Shown here: piece after piece, positions 50,664 through 63,555 of the stretch
Numbering within the stretch: position 1 is the first letter of the stretch
Layout: each line of letters opens with the position of its first letter
Assembly (NCBI GenBank): GCA_002633005.1
Contig: NMRA01000274.1
Coordinates: 262,153-326,152 of the forward strand
Length of the DNA stretch: 64,000 bases
Source of the DNA: Phoronis australis
Lineage: Eukaryota; Animalia; Phoronida
Reading direction: 5' to 3'
Position numbers and translations under genes: made by a program
Notes under the pieces: generated by a model
The model's input: the letters and a program-made list of their open reading frames with translations, nothing else
Database searches by the model: none
Told to the model about the DNA's origin: nothing

Positions 50664-52975
50664 ATCAGTATTTTTTCATTTGCTTCACAATTGATTTATA
50701 ACATAATAAGATTATGTGATGAAGGTATGTTTTACGGTTGTGCCAAATTCAAATGTTAAAAATTTATCGTGTGACAAATATGTCTACTACAGTATGGTAA
50801 AAATATGGTAGTGTAAGACACCCAGGGTCTCACATTCACTCCTATGTTAGACAAGGTACACGGGCGGCAGACGAATAACAGTCGATAACACAATTATCAA
50901 AAATGTCAATCACAGTGATGGAATTCAATAACTATTTGAAAACTAAATGGAAAAATAAAGAATACAGTAAGGTAGCGTGTCGAATTCGATAAAACGAGGA
51001 AAATATTTCTTTGTAATTAAGCCCCTGAATATTTGAAATTGAATTAAGTTGCTTCCGTTTATCAATTTTTTATATAAGTGTTGTTAATTATTGTGACCAT
51101 TAACTTTGTCTATCTTACAACTATTTCTGGCTTTACAGCGTGCCTAACCATGAAGGAGTAGGTGTCTGCTTTGAACAAATACTAAATCGCTCAGATGACT
51201 CCAATGTCAAATTTAGATATTCTTGTCCTCTGGAGGACCACATAAAGTGAAATCGGCTCCAAGCATTTTAGAGAAAAATTACTTGTGAACGTTCCTCCAA
51301 GCTTTACACCGTTTTTAAAAGATGCACAAAGTGATTTGACCAGACAAATCACAAAGGTTGTTCAGTATTTTTCAGCGTATTTAAAGTCCAAACTCCAATC
51401 ATTTGAATAAACGGTTTCCTTAATCCTATAATGTTTTGAGTAATTGTCCACACGTATTTTACACATCTACCTCACCTGAAAGTAGGAAATAAACCAATTC
51501 TTTTTCTTTCCTAGCCGTAAAGCATTCAAGATATTTCGAAATTCTGTTTTAGAAAATCAAGAGGGAATTTTCAATATCACTATTATGAAAAATATGTTGT
51601 TAACGTAAATACCGGTACAAAAAGTTCCATCATTTATTATCCTCCGTGCTTCTGTTATTAATACCGTTCTAGTTGTAGTATTAAACGCATTTTACGCCTT
51701 TCTTTTGTGACTTTCAATTACTGTTCTATTAGACTAGTATTCCAGAGCTGTAGGAAGCGGGGGGGGGCAACCGACATACGCGTAGGGTGGGCACAGTCGA
51801 GAAAAGAAAGACAGTGCTAAATGTGGATAAGAGAGAAAATTCAAGAGAACATTTAAATTCTGTGTCAGTGCATGGTTTACTGTTTGAGGATCCTGGCCAG
51901 GACATTGCTGTTGAGGTCTCCGCTTTCGCAGCACAGGTTGTCTAAACGCACTTGAAAACGTGCTCGTAATGATTCATGCATATATTTCGAAAAATCGAGA
52001 AAACTTGTAAAGCGAAGCTTGTGCGAAGCGTATTAATTTACAGGATTTTTAAATTCAATAAGTCAATTTTTTTACTGCAAAACTATATTTTTGCAAAAGC
52101 CCCTCTCTGGCAAGGGATTAGGGAGACAACTGTCATTTTTTTCTCGAATTGTATATCATTTGAGAAAAATTGATGACCTGACAGATATCATCAATTGCTG
52201 TACATTTCTTGATTTTTGAAAAAATAGATATTTTCACATTGAGAGGCCCCACCCTTGAAGGATGACATTCAAGTAGCCACAGTTTTGATGTTTTTATCGA
52301 AAAATTCTTAGGGGTCCGCTCAGGAAGAGAGGGCCCAATGTTGGATATGATTACGTCTATTTTCCTGTTTTTTGTGAAATCGTGCAACCTTCATGTTGAA
52401 GAAGGTCACTTCCTGCACCGTCGTCTGACCACACGACGGTGGAATAAACTATCACTTTTTGCCAAGCTTAATGATGTTTAGCCTTTCATAATTAAGGTGT
52501 CCCATTTCAGACGGAACCCTCTCACGGTGGAACAGTTCCGGGAAATGTCCCTTTGTCCCTGTATACATGTAAATCCGTATTTACGAGGAAAGTTGTGATT
52601 CCAAATTCATCAAAAAACACATAATATTCGTGCACAGCACAGCAGTATCAAGGCATTCGACCTAAACAACCAAAAATGTGAAAAAATACTATCGGATTGA
52701 CCGCCATCGAAAGGGAGTCGGGAATTTTAAACAACGTGAAAACCTCTGTTTGTTAATTACACAAAAGGATTGCTTCCATTGGTTAGTTATTGAATAATGT
52801 TACTGTTTCCCATAGTATCACAAGAATAGTATCTCTTTTGAAGATGGCTATTATGAGTTGTTTGTCAGGAATTCCCACATGTGGAAAACACTGCTGTCGA
52901 GGCTACGATTGGGGTGACCGTGCACATGTCGATCAAAAGTACCCAAATACTCGCAATAATATACACATTACACGT

Positions 52976-53044
52976 AAACAAATACCTCAGCTTATTTCTT
53001 TTTTTGAGGAAACAAATACCTCAGCTTATTTCTTTTTTTTGAGG
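52976..53044. repeat. Tandem duplication of about 34 bp
   Basis: aaacaaatacctcagcttatttcttttttgagg occurs twice. Confidence 0.9.
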
Positions 53045-53204
53045 TCAAGTTAAACTCGAGAGCCGTTATAGGTACCTCGAAAATGAGCAAAAATACACCT
53101 TACTATGAATGCTCAATCTCCCATTTCCCCCGGTTACCTGTCAAAAATCTGCGAGCATGCCTGCGGAAATTGCTTATAACATTCCGTTTTGATCAACAAA
53201 TTCG

Positions 53205-53800
53205 TTGGTTCCTGATTTACATGTTTACGTATCTACGAAAACCGACAGATTTTTGGCAATTAGAAGCTAATCTTTTAAGAAATGATGACGATTTAGGGAA
53301 TTTAGTTGAAGCCTGAATATGGAAAAAACTATAATCCGATCCCCAAATAGTAAAGTGCACTTGGACGCTTCTTGCCTATCTAAAATAACTCTCACAGACA
53401 TTGACGAAATTTGGACACTTCCCAAAATTTACTCACAATTCAAATGACAACAAATGCATTGGTTTTTGACATCGTTACAAGATTTGTTGTTTAAAGTCAC
53501 TAACAATGGATCAAAAAGGAATTAAGTCATTAGATCAAGGTAAACGCATTGCTCATGGATTTGATTGTTGGTTTCTGATTTACATGCTTATTTATCTTCG
53601 AAAGTGGACTGATTGCGAGATGATTTTTTTGATAATTAGAAGCTAATCTTGTAAGAAATGACAATGTTTTAATGAACTTAATTGCAGGCCGACATTGGGA
53701 AAATTCGATATTTGTCTATTTGAAATAAGTCTCAAGGAAATTGGTGAATTTCGGACAGCTCAACAATGTGTCCTAAATTGTTCTCAAATGACAATTGTTT
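53205..53800. repeat. Degenerate tandem duplication with a period of about 365 bp
   Basis: ctgatttacatg...aattagaagctaatctt.taagaaatga...ctcaaatgacaa-like blocks at about 53205 and 53570. Confidence 0.7.
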
Positions 53801-53908
53801 ACTGGGTTTAAGTTTACAAACTGTAGATCGGAAACGAAGTTCAAGTACTTAAATAAATAAAATCAAACTTATTGGCCATCAACTTGGAAAGGTTGTCTTT
53901 GAACTTCC

Positions 53909-54158
53909 CGTGCACCCAGCCTAAAATTTTTGAGGGTGTGGGCCTTTTACTAAAGAAAAAATAACGGAAACGAGGTTCGTTCAGGGCCATGAATTGTGCA
54001 TACGCCGAATCCTGTCTTTTTATGGGTTTTTGTCTCATTTTTCTCAGACTTTTTGCTTTTCTGAGGCGGACCTTCCTTTTTGCCCACTTTGCCAAATGGG
54101 GGGACGGGGCTCGTTCGAGCCCAACCCCCTGAGCCCCCCCCCTCCCGGGTGTGTATGC
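53909..54158 (-). mobile_element. GC-rich MITE copy (family of 58581-58748), opposite orientation
   Basis: ctgaggcggacc...tttgcccactttgccaaatggggg...gctcgttcgagcc is the reverse complement of 58607-58660. Confidence 0.75.
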
Positions 54159-54193
54159 GCGGAGCACGTCATGACCGTGACAGGCACACCCAT

Positions 54194-54286
54194 GTTACAA
54201 AGATGTAACCATGCAGTAGGCCAGCGTAGAATCACGTTACAAATAAGATGTAGCCATGCAGTAGGCCTGCGTAGAATCTCAGTTAC
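54194..54286. repeat. Tandem duplication of about 45 bp
   Basis: gttacaaa..gatgta.ccatgcagtaggcc.gcgtagaatc occurs twice. Confidence 0.85.
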
Positions 54287-56773
54287 CCACGGGAACTGAA
54301 TTTGAACTCCAGACGTTGAAGTATGTACATTTTGGGACATATTCTGTATCATTTCTCGGGCCCAGCAACCAGAAACTGGACTACAGGCTATGTTTCATCA
54401 TGGGATTCTGAAACGGCCACAAAGGTACTCATACCAGGCACCTCAGGACCTCGCCTTTCCAAAACTTACTTCAAAGAATGGCCATAATAAAATGAAGTTT
54501 TCCAGAAACTGGACCATAATAAAACGAACCTTGACCTTCGACCCATAGCAGAGGAATAGGTACGAATCCACTGTTGGAACCCAACTATGGCAGCTCCCAG
54601 CTACCCGCCAGTGCGCTCGGACTCTAGACCTATTCTTACTCTTCGTGAAGCGGTTGGTTCACGACGGGTTACTCGTCCTGTGGCTGCTTCCCCGCTATTA
54701 CCTCCACCTATGGCGGACATGGGGGTGGGGGTTCGGTACGAATATGGTGACATCCAGAGAACGAGGGGTTGACGATAGCAAGGGGGTAAGTTGGCGAAGT
54801 CAAATTGGTTTCTGCCCCCCAATACTTTTTTCCTTCCTACGGGCCTGTATTCCCGTCACCGCAGAGCCGGGTTTTGTTTGTTTGTTTCTTCATAACTGTT
54901 CCTGACTTCATTTTAAGATTACTTAAAAATATTTTAAAAGTTCAATATTGTAAAATATCCTGTTTCATTTTAATTATTGTAGACCAACTAACTGTAAATT
55001 AGAAGCGATTTAATGATGGTGATGATTTGTGAGAAAATGCATCTGGCTGTATAATGATTTTTAAAAATGCGTATCTTTAAAAATATATATCTTCAAAAAG
55101 ATACGTATTTTTCGCTACATGTTCTGTACAGCTGTAGCCTAATGTCATCCTAATCGGTCTCGTTATCGTCGTCAACCTTGTCATCTTTGTTCACCACTCT
55201 CGTTAGTAACAAATGTCGCCGCAAACGAGCAATTTGTCGGGCCAAAAGAGAGCGCAACGATGTACGGCGAATTTACCGCGAGTACCAGAGAATGCGTGCA
55301 AAATGAGATGCGTTTGCCTCAGATGAGACAAGCACTTAACTGCATATCTATAAATACAAACACACTGGAAAATGTCAAGTAGGCTTATCTTAGTGATGAC
55401 GAAAAGAGCTGATAAAAACAGATATGATAATTAGAGTTTTGAGTAGGAAACTCAATACCCACGTACATGTGTTGTCTCCCGATCTACTGTCCCTGACCAT
55501 TCTGGTCTTACACACTGGCCGCGGCCGACTGGTAGTGTCGATAAATAAATGTTATACCGATACTATGTACATGTATGAATCCGCCTTGGAGTGGATCTCA
55601 ACATTCATACATGCTTTGTCACAGGTGACAATATTCGAGGGGTTGGGCGAACAAAGCGCGGCTTTTTATAGTTTCGCCTCCAGACATGGTTAAAGCAAAG
55701 CGTCGAATTTTGACATTGTCCTAAAACCAGTTCAAAACGAGCAATTAGTACAAAAAATGTACAGTTGGTTTGTGTTGATGTTTTGTTGTCGTTGGAGGCA
55801 TAGTATATGGTGGTCGATAGTTTGTATCATTAGTAATGTAACCGGGAAATTGTGATGGTCTTGTTCTGCGCATGTTTTCTCGAAGTGGCAGATATTCTTG
55901 GATAAATTCTAGGTTGTGAAAGCATTTAGGGAGCATTTTGTTTATATATTTGTAGAAAGACTTTATGCAAGATAATGTAAATATATCCCCAAAAAAGTAA
56001 TATTTGTAGAGTTCTACAAATTGGGCGAGCGTGGCTAAGAAACGGGAATTTGTTGACATTTCGTGTAGCTTTTTGTAATATTTTTAACTTTGTGCAATCT
56101 CCAAATGCCCAAACAGTTATTCCATATGTGAGTTAGTTTAATCTGAAACCACCATGCGAATTATGCTACAATTAATGTGCAATAAGCAAACGTCTTCAAT
56201 AAAACCAGATTTTTGATTGGACCGGTTACTCAGAAATTGGTCTTATCTTTTTCTTTCACAGATTAGAAGGGATTTCTAGGACTTTAGAAGATCTGACGTG
56301 TTGCCGTAGTGTCGCGCACTAGCCCCTGGGCGCTTATTGTTTTCAAAGACATTTTTTGAACTGGCGCCTATTTCAAACCGGCGCTTTTTTAAACCCGGCG
56401 TTTATTCAACCAGACCAGTAATACCTCTTCCTGGTAATACGTACATACCCAGCGCTCACTTACTGCTGACTGTTGTTACCAATGTTTGCAGTTTTCGTTT
56501 CACGTGACAGTGGGACTAGCTTCCGCATGTTGTATACGGTCTAAAACAACCCTTTGACGTCACTCGTGAATTTTAAGGCTTGCAACCCATCTGGTCATTC
56601 AATTCACGCGATAAGTTGACTTACATTAAGTTAACAGTAGGTTCTAGACTATCGTGTAAAACTGAATTTGTCTTGAAATGCCGCCCCGCGCTTATTTCAG
56701 ACCTGGCGCTTATTTAACAATGGTGTTTTAACTTGCTTTTACTTGGCGCTTTGACAAGACCGGCGCTTATTAA

Positions 56774-58082
56774 AGGCAAAGGCAACCTTTTTTCATGTCA
56801 CTTTTAGCAAAAATAAGGTCTGTTGATTATCCCAAACATGTTTTTCACTTAATTACAGCTTTTTGTAATTTAATTAATTTCTCACCCTCTACTCCGGAAG
56901 TGACGTTTTGGGAGGCAAGAATTTCGCGCCAATTTCTTTTCATATAGTCTGACTGTGAGAGCTGTCAAGTCAGCCATTGTTCTACCTCGGATCTGACAAG
57001 TTCGGTCGTCGTTTGCTTTTGTTTACGAGTCAGTCAACATGCCACGCTGTTGCTACGTACCAGGATGTACTCATTATATCGTCTCACACACGCTTTGGGT
57101 ACCTTGCATCGCTTTCCATGAAGATGACACACTTCGCCGTATTGGCTAGCTCGTTCGTGTGAAGAACGCAGCGCTACCCGTCCACGCAACGTACAAAGCA
57201 TTGGCAAGCATTTTCAGCCGTCAGATTGCGACAGAGATATGTGCGCTGAATTGATGAAGGTCCCTGCGAAACAACGCCTAAAGAAGGGTCCCATACCGTC
57301 GCTGTTGATTCCCGGCAGTGCCCCGTCGCCACCCCCGAGAAGTGCGTTTTTGAAGCGAGAAGCCTCGCGAGCTGTGGCCACTATAAACAGTGACTGGAGG
57401 CACTTCATCTACTGTCACCCATGCCTCCGAACGTACCATAGCGTACAATTCCAGGAACTAGCAGTGATTCCCCGTGTGCTGTTGTCTCTAGCCCAGAGCC
57501 TGTATGCAGCCCTGCAGCGATGTTGAGTAGTGGGAGTGAATACAGGCCCAGTTTGACACCCAGTGAAACAGTTCGTCATCCAATGAACAGATCGGTGAGC
57601 CTAAGTTTTATAAGTTTATTGTGGACTTGTATTGGAGCTATTTAGAAGATGCCACGTGTGTGATGAGGGAGTCGCACGGCGGGATGTAAGCAGTTTGGAT
57701 GCTCAAGTCACCATCCACTGGGAGTGTGTCGCGGGACACTCGGGCAAGTGGGACAGATCTTCCTCTGTACGCGAGACGATAATGAGTACATATCGGTAGG
57801 CAGCAACAGCGTGGCATGTTGACTGACTCGTAAACAAAAGCAAACGACGACCGAACTTATCACAATCGAGGTAGAACAATGACTGACTCGACTGCTCTCA
57901 CAGTCAGACTGTATGAAAAGAAATTGGCGCGAAATTCTTGCCTCCCACAACGTCACTTCCGGAGTAGACGACGAGTAATTAATTAAATAACGAAAAGCTG
58001 TAAATAAGTGAAAAATATGTCTGGTATAATCAACGAACCCGATTTTTGCTAAAAAGGACATGAAAAAAGGTTGCCTTCGCCT
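56774..58082 (+). mobile_element. Non-autonomous Kolobok-type DNA transposon with TIRs of about 315 bp and a decayed THAP/transposase N-terminus
   Basis: TTAA TSD at 56770-56773 and 58083-58086; AGG...CCT termini; frameshifted MPRCCYVPGCT, LHRFP, KHF, RLKKGPIPSL (THAP), then EPKFI, LELFRRCHVC and VTIHWECVAGHSGKW. Confidence 0.85.
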
Positions 58083-58424
58083 TTAAGGATCGGCGCTATT
58101 ACGCGACATTTGGCTCATTCAGACTGGGCTTCTCACGTTGAGTAACTTTTAGTCGTCGAAGTAGTATACGGTTAGAGGAATTCCAAGGGCTTTATTGTAA
58201 GCAATTTCATGTCAAAGGATAGGAACGCAACGACGATTCTCTGAGAGAACGATTGTTTTTGATACACCAGAACATGTGGTTTTTATTTTTTACTTTTTCA
58301 AACAATAGCACACTCCCAGAAATCGCTCTCGCATTATATCCAGGCTCTCATTCATTCCCTTCCATACATTCATGAAAACCGAGCTCTGTAGTGGGAGACA
58401 CCTTTGTGCAATGCTCGATTGCCT

Positions 58425-58492
58425 GCCAGTAAAGCCAGGATTTGAACCTGGGTCTCCCAAACGGGAGTCCGGAGCTCAAACTACTTCGCCAC
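58425..58492 (-). repeat. tRNA-derived SINE head or tRNA pseudogene
   Basis: Minus strand TGGCGAAGTAG (A box) and GGTTCAAATCC (B box); no proper acceptor stem. Confidence 0.55.
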
Positions 58493-58580
58493 ACTGTCTC
58501 CTCTGAAAATGGTTTACTGTGGTTGTGAAGGGACAGTATCGGTTTTATGGCCAAAGGCGCATTTTTGGATTATCGTTAGC

Positions 58581-58748
58581 ATGCGCGCACCCAGGGGGGC
58601 TCGGGAGGCTCGAACGAGCCCCCCCATTTGGCGAAGTGGGCAAAAAGGTCCGCCTCAGAGAAGCAAAAGGTCCGAGAAAACGAGACAGAAGTCCACTGAA
58701 AAAGGTCCAGAAATTGGAGCCCCCATATTAAAGGCTGGGTGCGCGCAT
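58581..58748 (+). mobile_element. 168-bp MITE with 14-bp perfect TIR ATGCGCGCACCCAG
   Basis: TIR at 58581-58594 and 58735-58748; second copy near 53909-54158. Confidence 0.8.
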
Positions 58749-59899
58749 TGTCAGATGGGACAGGCTTCGTGATAATTATCAACTTTGAACATAAGCTATC
58801 AAACAACAAAATCCATTGTGTTTTTGTGACCTTATTACAAATCGTTAGTTCTTTCCGTTGTCTAACAATCATTCACTGAAATCAAGCCCGGAGATTTTTA
58901 CCAGTTAAATACGCTTCTCAATGGAATATTCTGACATTTATCGAACAGGGTTGAGCTTCGCCAGCACAGCATTAGAATGCAATCTTGGGAGATGCGGGTT
59001 CGAGGTTAATCTCCTGAAATCACTTTAACATACATGAATATTTTCTAATTACATATTTATGGATTTTTCGTGCCTGTACAACAATTGCTATGTTCTAATC
59101 TAAATAATAGCATTCCTCGCGTCACATATATCTTGTAAAGATATAGTTAGAAGTTTTGTGTAGATAACTTACAATTAACGTAATTGATTTGCAATTCTGT
59201 GTTGTTTATCTGACATTTCCTAGCAACTTTATACCTTATGGTTTTTAAAAATATACCAGGCTTCCTAAAAAGGCTGTAGAAGAAATCAATTTTAGAAATA
59301 TCCTACGCGGGTAATGTTGTCCAATAAACAATTAGTCACAAATGTTCGTTCGTTTTACAAATGTGAAGAAAACAGCGCATGCTGATTCTCCACCTCGTCG
59401 TAATACGCAATATAGCTTATATCTTAGACCAACAAATGCCGCACGGGGACAATGCAGTATTTAACAAGAAGTCAGTTTCTATCAAAATATTCATAAAATA
59501 ATAACTTTAGAAAAAATATTCAAAACACTCCACGCATTAAAACTGATTATCATAAAATCGTACATACAAACCCAACTAAAATTTAAAATTCCATCTCATT
59601 TTCTTCTCCTTCATTATCTCATAAATAAATAATTCTAACCAGACAAAATGATTCACTTGCCTACAAAGCGCCATAATCGATACAACGTTGGATTTTCTTT
59701 TGTAACACAATCGAGAACATAATTAACTTGAATCCGGAGAAGCGCACTCGTCCAAACTAAGTTACCGCGGATCGATAAAGTTGTCTTTCCAAAGCTTCCT
59801 TGAAGTGAAGATTACGTCTATCTCGGCTTTGTTTTCAAAATCGAGAATCTGTCACTGACTGGCGTACTCCAGCTAATCGTGACATCAAGCGCTCTTCAA

Positions 59900-60001
59900 T
59901 CAAGCCGAAACAAAACCAAAGTTGCTGTTCGATTTCTTGTCTGTGTCGACAGTTCCACCGTTGAGTTCTATGTCTTCTTTTCCGGCACTATCGGGTTGAG
60001 T
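59900..60001 (-). CDS. Possible terminal exon of the same gene (TQPDSAGKEDIELNGGTVDTDKKSNSNFGFVSA*)
   Basis: Pyrimidine tract and caag| acceptor, phase 0, hydrophilic tail ending in TGA. Confidence 0.4.
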   Translation of the reverse strand, partial: TQPDSAGKEDIELNGGTVDTDKKSNSNFGFVSA

Positions 60002-63000
60002 CTTGAAATGAAAAACATCAAACTTGTGATAGGAATATTATATAATTGAAATCACCACCTTTCCTTCTGTTTTGCTGTCCGAAAAATATCACAACCGGGC
60101 CTCATGTCTTGCATCAACACAGTCTTAAAGTATTTCCGTCACACTTGATTTCAGTTGTCACAAAGAACAGTTCGAGAAGTTACGAGTAAAATTACACTTC
60201 ATAAATTACAGGAACGGAAAACCATTCTAAAAAATTTATCTCTCAAAACAGATGTTGTCGGGCCAAGACAATTTTAAGAATAGTTTGATAGTCTGACGGT
60301 ATGTGTGGGTATTTATACCCATGCGTATGTGAACGTGCGCCAAAACAGGGACATGCCGAGGCCTCAAAAGCTCGCGGAACACTTTTCAACGCATGTGAGT
60401 GTATAGTCAATCCCAGAGCTTCCAGGGGTAAACTCTCCCGTACAGGTGACGCTGTCACGGAAGTGTGTGAATCTTATTTTTTTCGATACAAAAAGGTAGA
60501 CGTGTTTGTTCTTGAGATGAGTGACATTTAACGCATATACAGAAAACGAACAACAGAAAAACAGAAAAACAGAACGCATTGCGTGTTCAGAAAAGAAATG
60601 CCTGCAGCTATAAGTGATGCATAGTCGTATGCTTTTTTTATGCAAAACATTTGAGTTTCTTTATTTCGAAAATAGGCGCATAGACCTAAACGCACATGTA
60701 CGATAATGAACCACTTTTCTTGGTTTCATTTTGCAGCAGGTAAGGAAGCTACATATTCATTGGTAACACACCGTTTTTCATCAAATCACAGTCAACCGTT
60801 TTTTCTTCTATAGTTAGGGTGATGTAATGTATAAACTGACACCTTATGGAAGATTTGACAGCTGCAAATTTGAGAGACTATGCGTTAACAAAAATGACTC
60901 TGTTAAGTGTAAGTGGAAGGACGTGTTTAACACAACATGCCTATAGAATACATAAAATGGTTACCGTGGAGACATAAACAAACAAACAAAGTACGCCTTT
61001 CCCATCATGACGTCATTGTAATCACCCACCTTCCATCGAAAACAACTTTTAATTTGGAAAACTTAGTGCCAGAAGAATGGTATCAATTTGCTCTTAGTCA
61101 TGTGAACTAACTCGGTTTCTAATCTGAGCAACGAACAAATTGAGACCAGTTTTATAACGACAAGTAGTCAATAGCAAAAGTTATTCATTCACGTAAGGGG
61201 GCGTTAGTTTATATAATAGGTTTAAATACAGTTGATGCATTTAAAGGAAAAAAAATGCTGCGAAAACCAATAAAACTTAGCAAAAATAGGGTAAGCCTAA
61301 ATCGTAAACTTCAAACTCAACTAAGTCCGCAAGTTAATCTGCACACTGATACCTGTAACCAGTAGTGAACTCCATTCTGTCCGATCCATGATTTTATCAT
61401 GTGGACTTAGGAACGCTAACGCGACGTATTTAAAACAAAAACAACAAATGGTTCTATCCAAATCATGAACCAAATCAATGGTTTTCAAAGGTAGCGCTGC
61501 ACGAGACTTTAAGCGAGTAATTTCAGAAAATTTATCTTTTCGTGACGATGCAAGAGGTCTCGTATCAGAAATAATGATATGTCCGATTTTGCTGTTTTCC
61601 GGAAGTGGCAAGAAACACGTGATGAAAAGAGAGAAAGAAAATGAGGCATGCAGTTAAATGAAATTGTGCGTGAATAGGAAGTTAGCAAATCCAACAGTTT
61701 TCAAATTGTTATTTTTATTTAGCGGTAAACATTTTTTTAAATTTCACGTGGAAAATTAATTGTTTCCTAAATACTGAGATCACGTGCGTGATTTATAAAT
61801 AGATGAGATTATTTGAGGATCACGAAAGTGAAGTAACGGTGTCACTGAATTCTAGAAACCACCCCCACCTTAATGACCTAGGATGAAATTTCTTAAAAAA
61901 TTTTCTTAAAAAAACTTTTTAAGTATTAATTGTAGACCCAAAAACCTATATAAGCCTATTTTTTGAAATCTTTGGTGATCAAAAGATTTTAATGAGTGCA
62001 TTTAATCATGTCGCTGTATGATTTTTCAGAAATATCGCCATATTTTCCGCATACATGAAACTTGTAAATTTTGTTTCTTTACAAAATTAGCCACAAAATC
62101 GCGTCTAGTGCTGTCTTTTGAGTCCTTTTATCTTGAGAGCCCCGTTGTTAGAAATGAAGACTTGATTTTTGACAGTCGAGATCTTGGACTAAAAACCTTA
62201 AAAAGATAACCTGGGGCAGACTTTAAAAGCTAATACAATAAAGAAATTGAACGTGCAAGTTTCGGTCGAAAATATCATGTTTTTGGAAAATTCGGCGATC
62301 TGCGTAAAAAATTCCGATGTAAAAAAGTAGTCATGTGGTTGCAACCATGTAGGTATTGCTTTCGAGCCCATAATAACATCCTGTGGTCTTCAGGCAATTT
62401 AAAACAGTTTCACGTGTTTACCACAAATATTTATAAAGTTATTTGAGAAATTTTATCCTTGGAAACAAAGGTACTTATTTATTAAAGACAAAATCTTATT
62501 TATAAATAAAGAACTCTGAAAATTTCAATTTTGGACAGGCTATCCCCATTCGTAATTTTACTGTAGAATTTCTGTAAAGATAGCATGCAGCAAATTTCCA
62601 CGTTTAAAGGGATACTAAAAACCCTGCTGTGATGATTTTAACCAATCCTCGTTGTGTCACCTGCTAATGTGTCATTGGCGCCAATGTCGAAAGAAAAAAG
62701 CAGAAACCAACTAAAAATTCATACTCCCTATGTCACCGATTGGATAGTTCTTGCTGGGTGGTCCTTCCCCACCGTTGCCGTGTAATTCGCTAAAAGCGTA
62801 GGTCACGCTTGCCAGTTTAGCAGACTTTGAAAGGAGTTTTCAAATTTTCCTCCAAACTTTTGAGGGTTTTAGAGGATTACAGAGCATCAATTCGTTTCAG
62901 AGGACTAGATGGAAAAGTCGTTTTTAATAACTGTTAATAGGCCAAAGCCAGGTTTGGTATCCTTTTAAGTAAAAGACATGCACAGAGTGGATTAGAACGG

Positions 63001-63055
63001 TTAGGGTAAAATGTTTCCTTCCACCAAATCATAATCATGCAGGTAATGAACTTAC

Positions 63056-63097
63056 GTCGTCTTCTTTTTTGCAATTTCTAAATTTTTTGTTTACAGC
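63056..63097 (-). CDS. Probable 42-nt next exon of the same gene (AVNKKFRNCKKEDD)
   Basis: tttcag| acceptor, |gtaagt donor, phase 0-0. Confidence 0.5.
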
Positions 63098-63418
63098 CTG
63101 AAAGTGAACTAAGTGATTATTCTACCAGACAGTATGAGCAAACCGTAAACCGTAGAAAAGAAAAAGTAAATTTTTATAAACAGTGACACCAACCCCGGCT
63201 TCATCGTTCTAGCTAGGCATGCAAACACCGGAAACCTTTCGAATGTGGTCTTTGAGATGTCAAGCCAGAATACATGGGTGTAAAACATTTTAAAAGATCA
63301 CAAATAACAGTGTTTGTTAACAACTATGTACAACCATTCTTTGTAATACATACTGAATACGCTCCTCTCCCTAACAGCATGACTGATAAAATAGATCTTA
63401 TTAGAAATAGACATTTAC

Positions 63419-63555
63419 CTCCATTTTATTAACTCCTTTCTTGTATACCGTGGCAATCTGATCGATGATCATAGCCATGTAACACAGTCCAATATATATC
63501 CATAAGTATAACAGTATTTTATAGATGACTCTAGCCCCATCTCGCGCTTGTTGTC
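63419..63555 (-). CDS. Probable exon of a two-pore-domain K+ channel (K2P/KCNK-like), last TM helix; gene starts beyond the window end
   Basis: ttttcag| acceptor, GAG|gtaaat donor; phase-1 start gives (G)QQARDGARVIYKILLYLWIYIGLCYMAMIIDQIATVYKKGVNKME, resembling K2P TM4 (YK....WI..GL.Y.A.I); pore motif not in the window. Confidence 0.6.

Noticed and set aside
54587-54905. GC-rich overlapping short ORFs suggesting a first exon
   Set aside because: No recognisable protein or downstream exon; embedded among repeats.
62725-62880. Candidate extra exon of the K2P-like gene
   Set aside because: In-frame stop in the required phase, and the segment is an inverted copy of a repeat at about 7400-7530.
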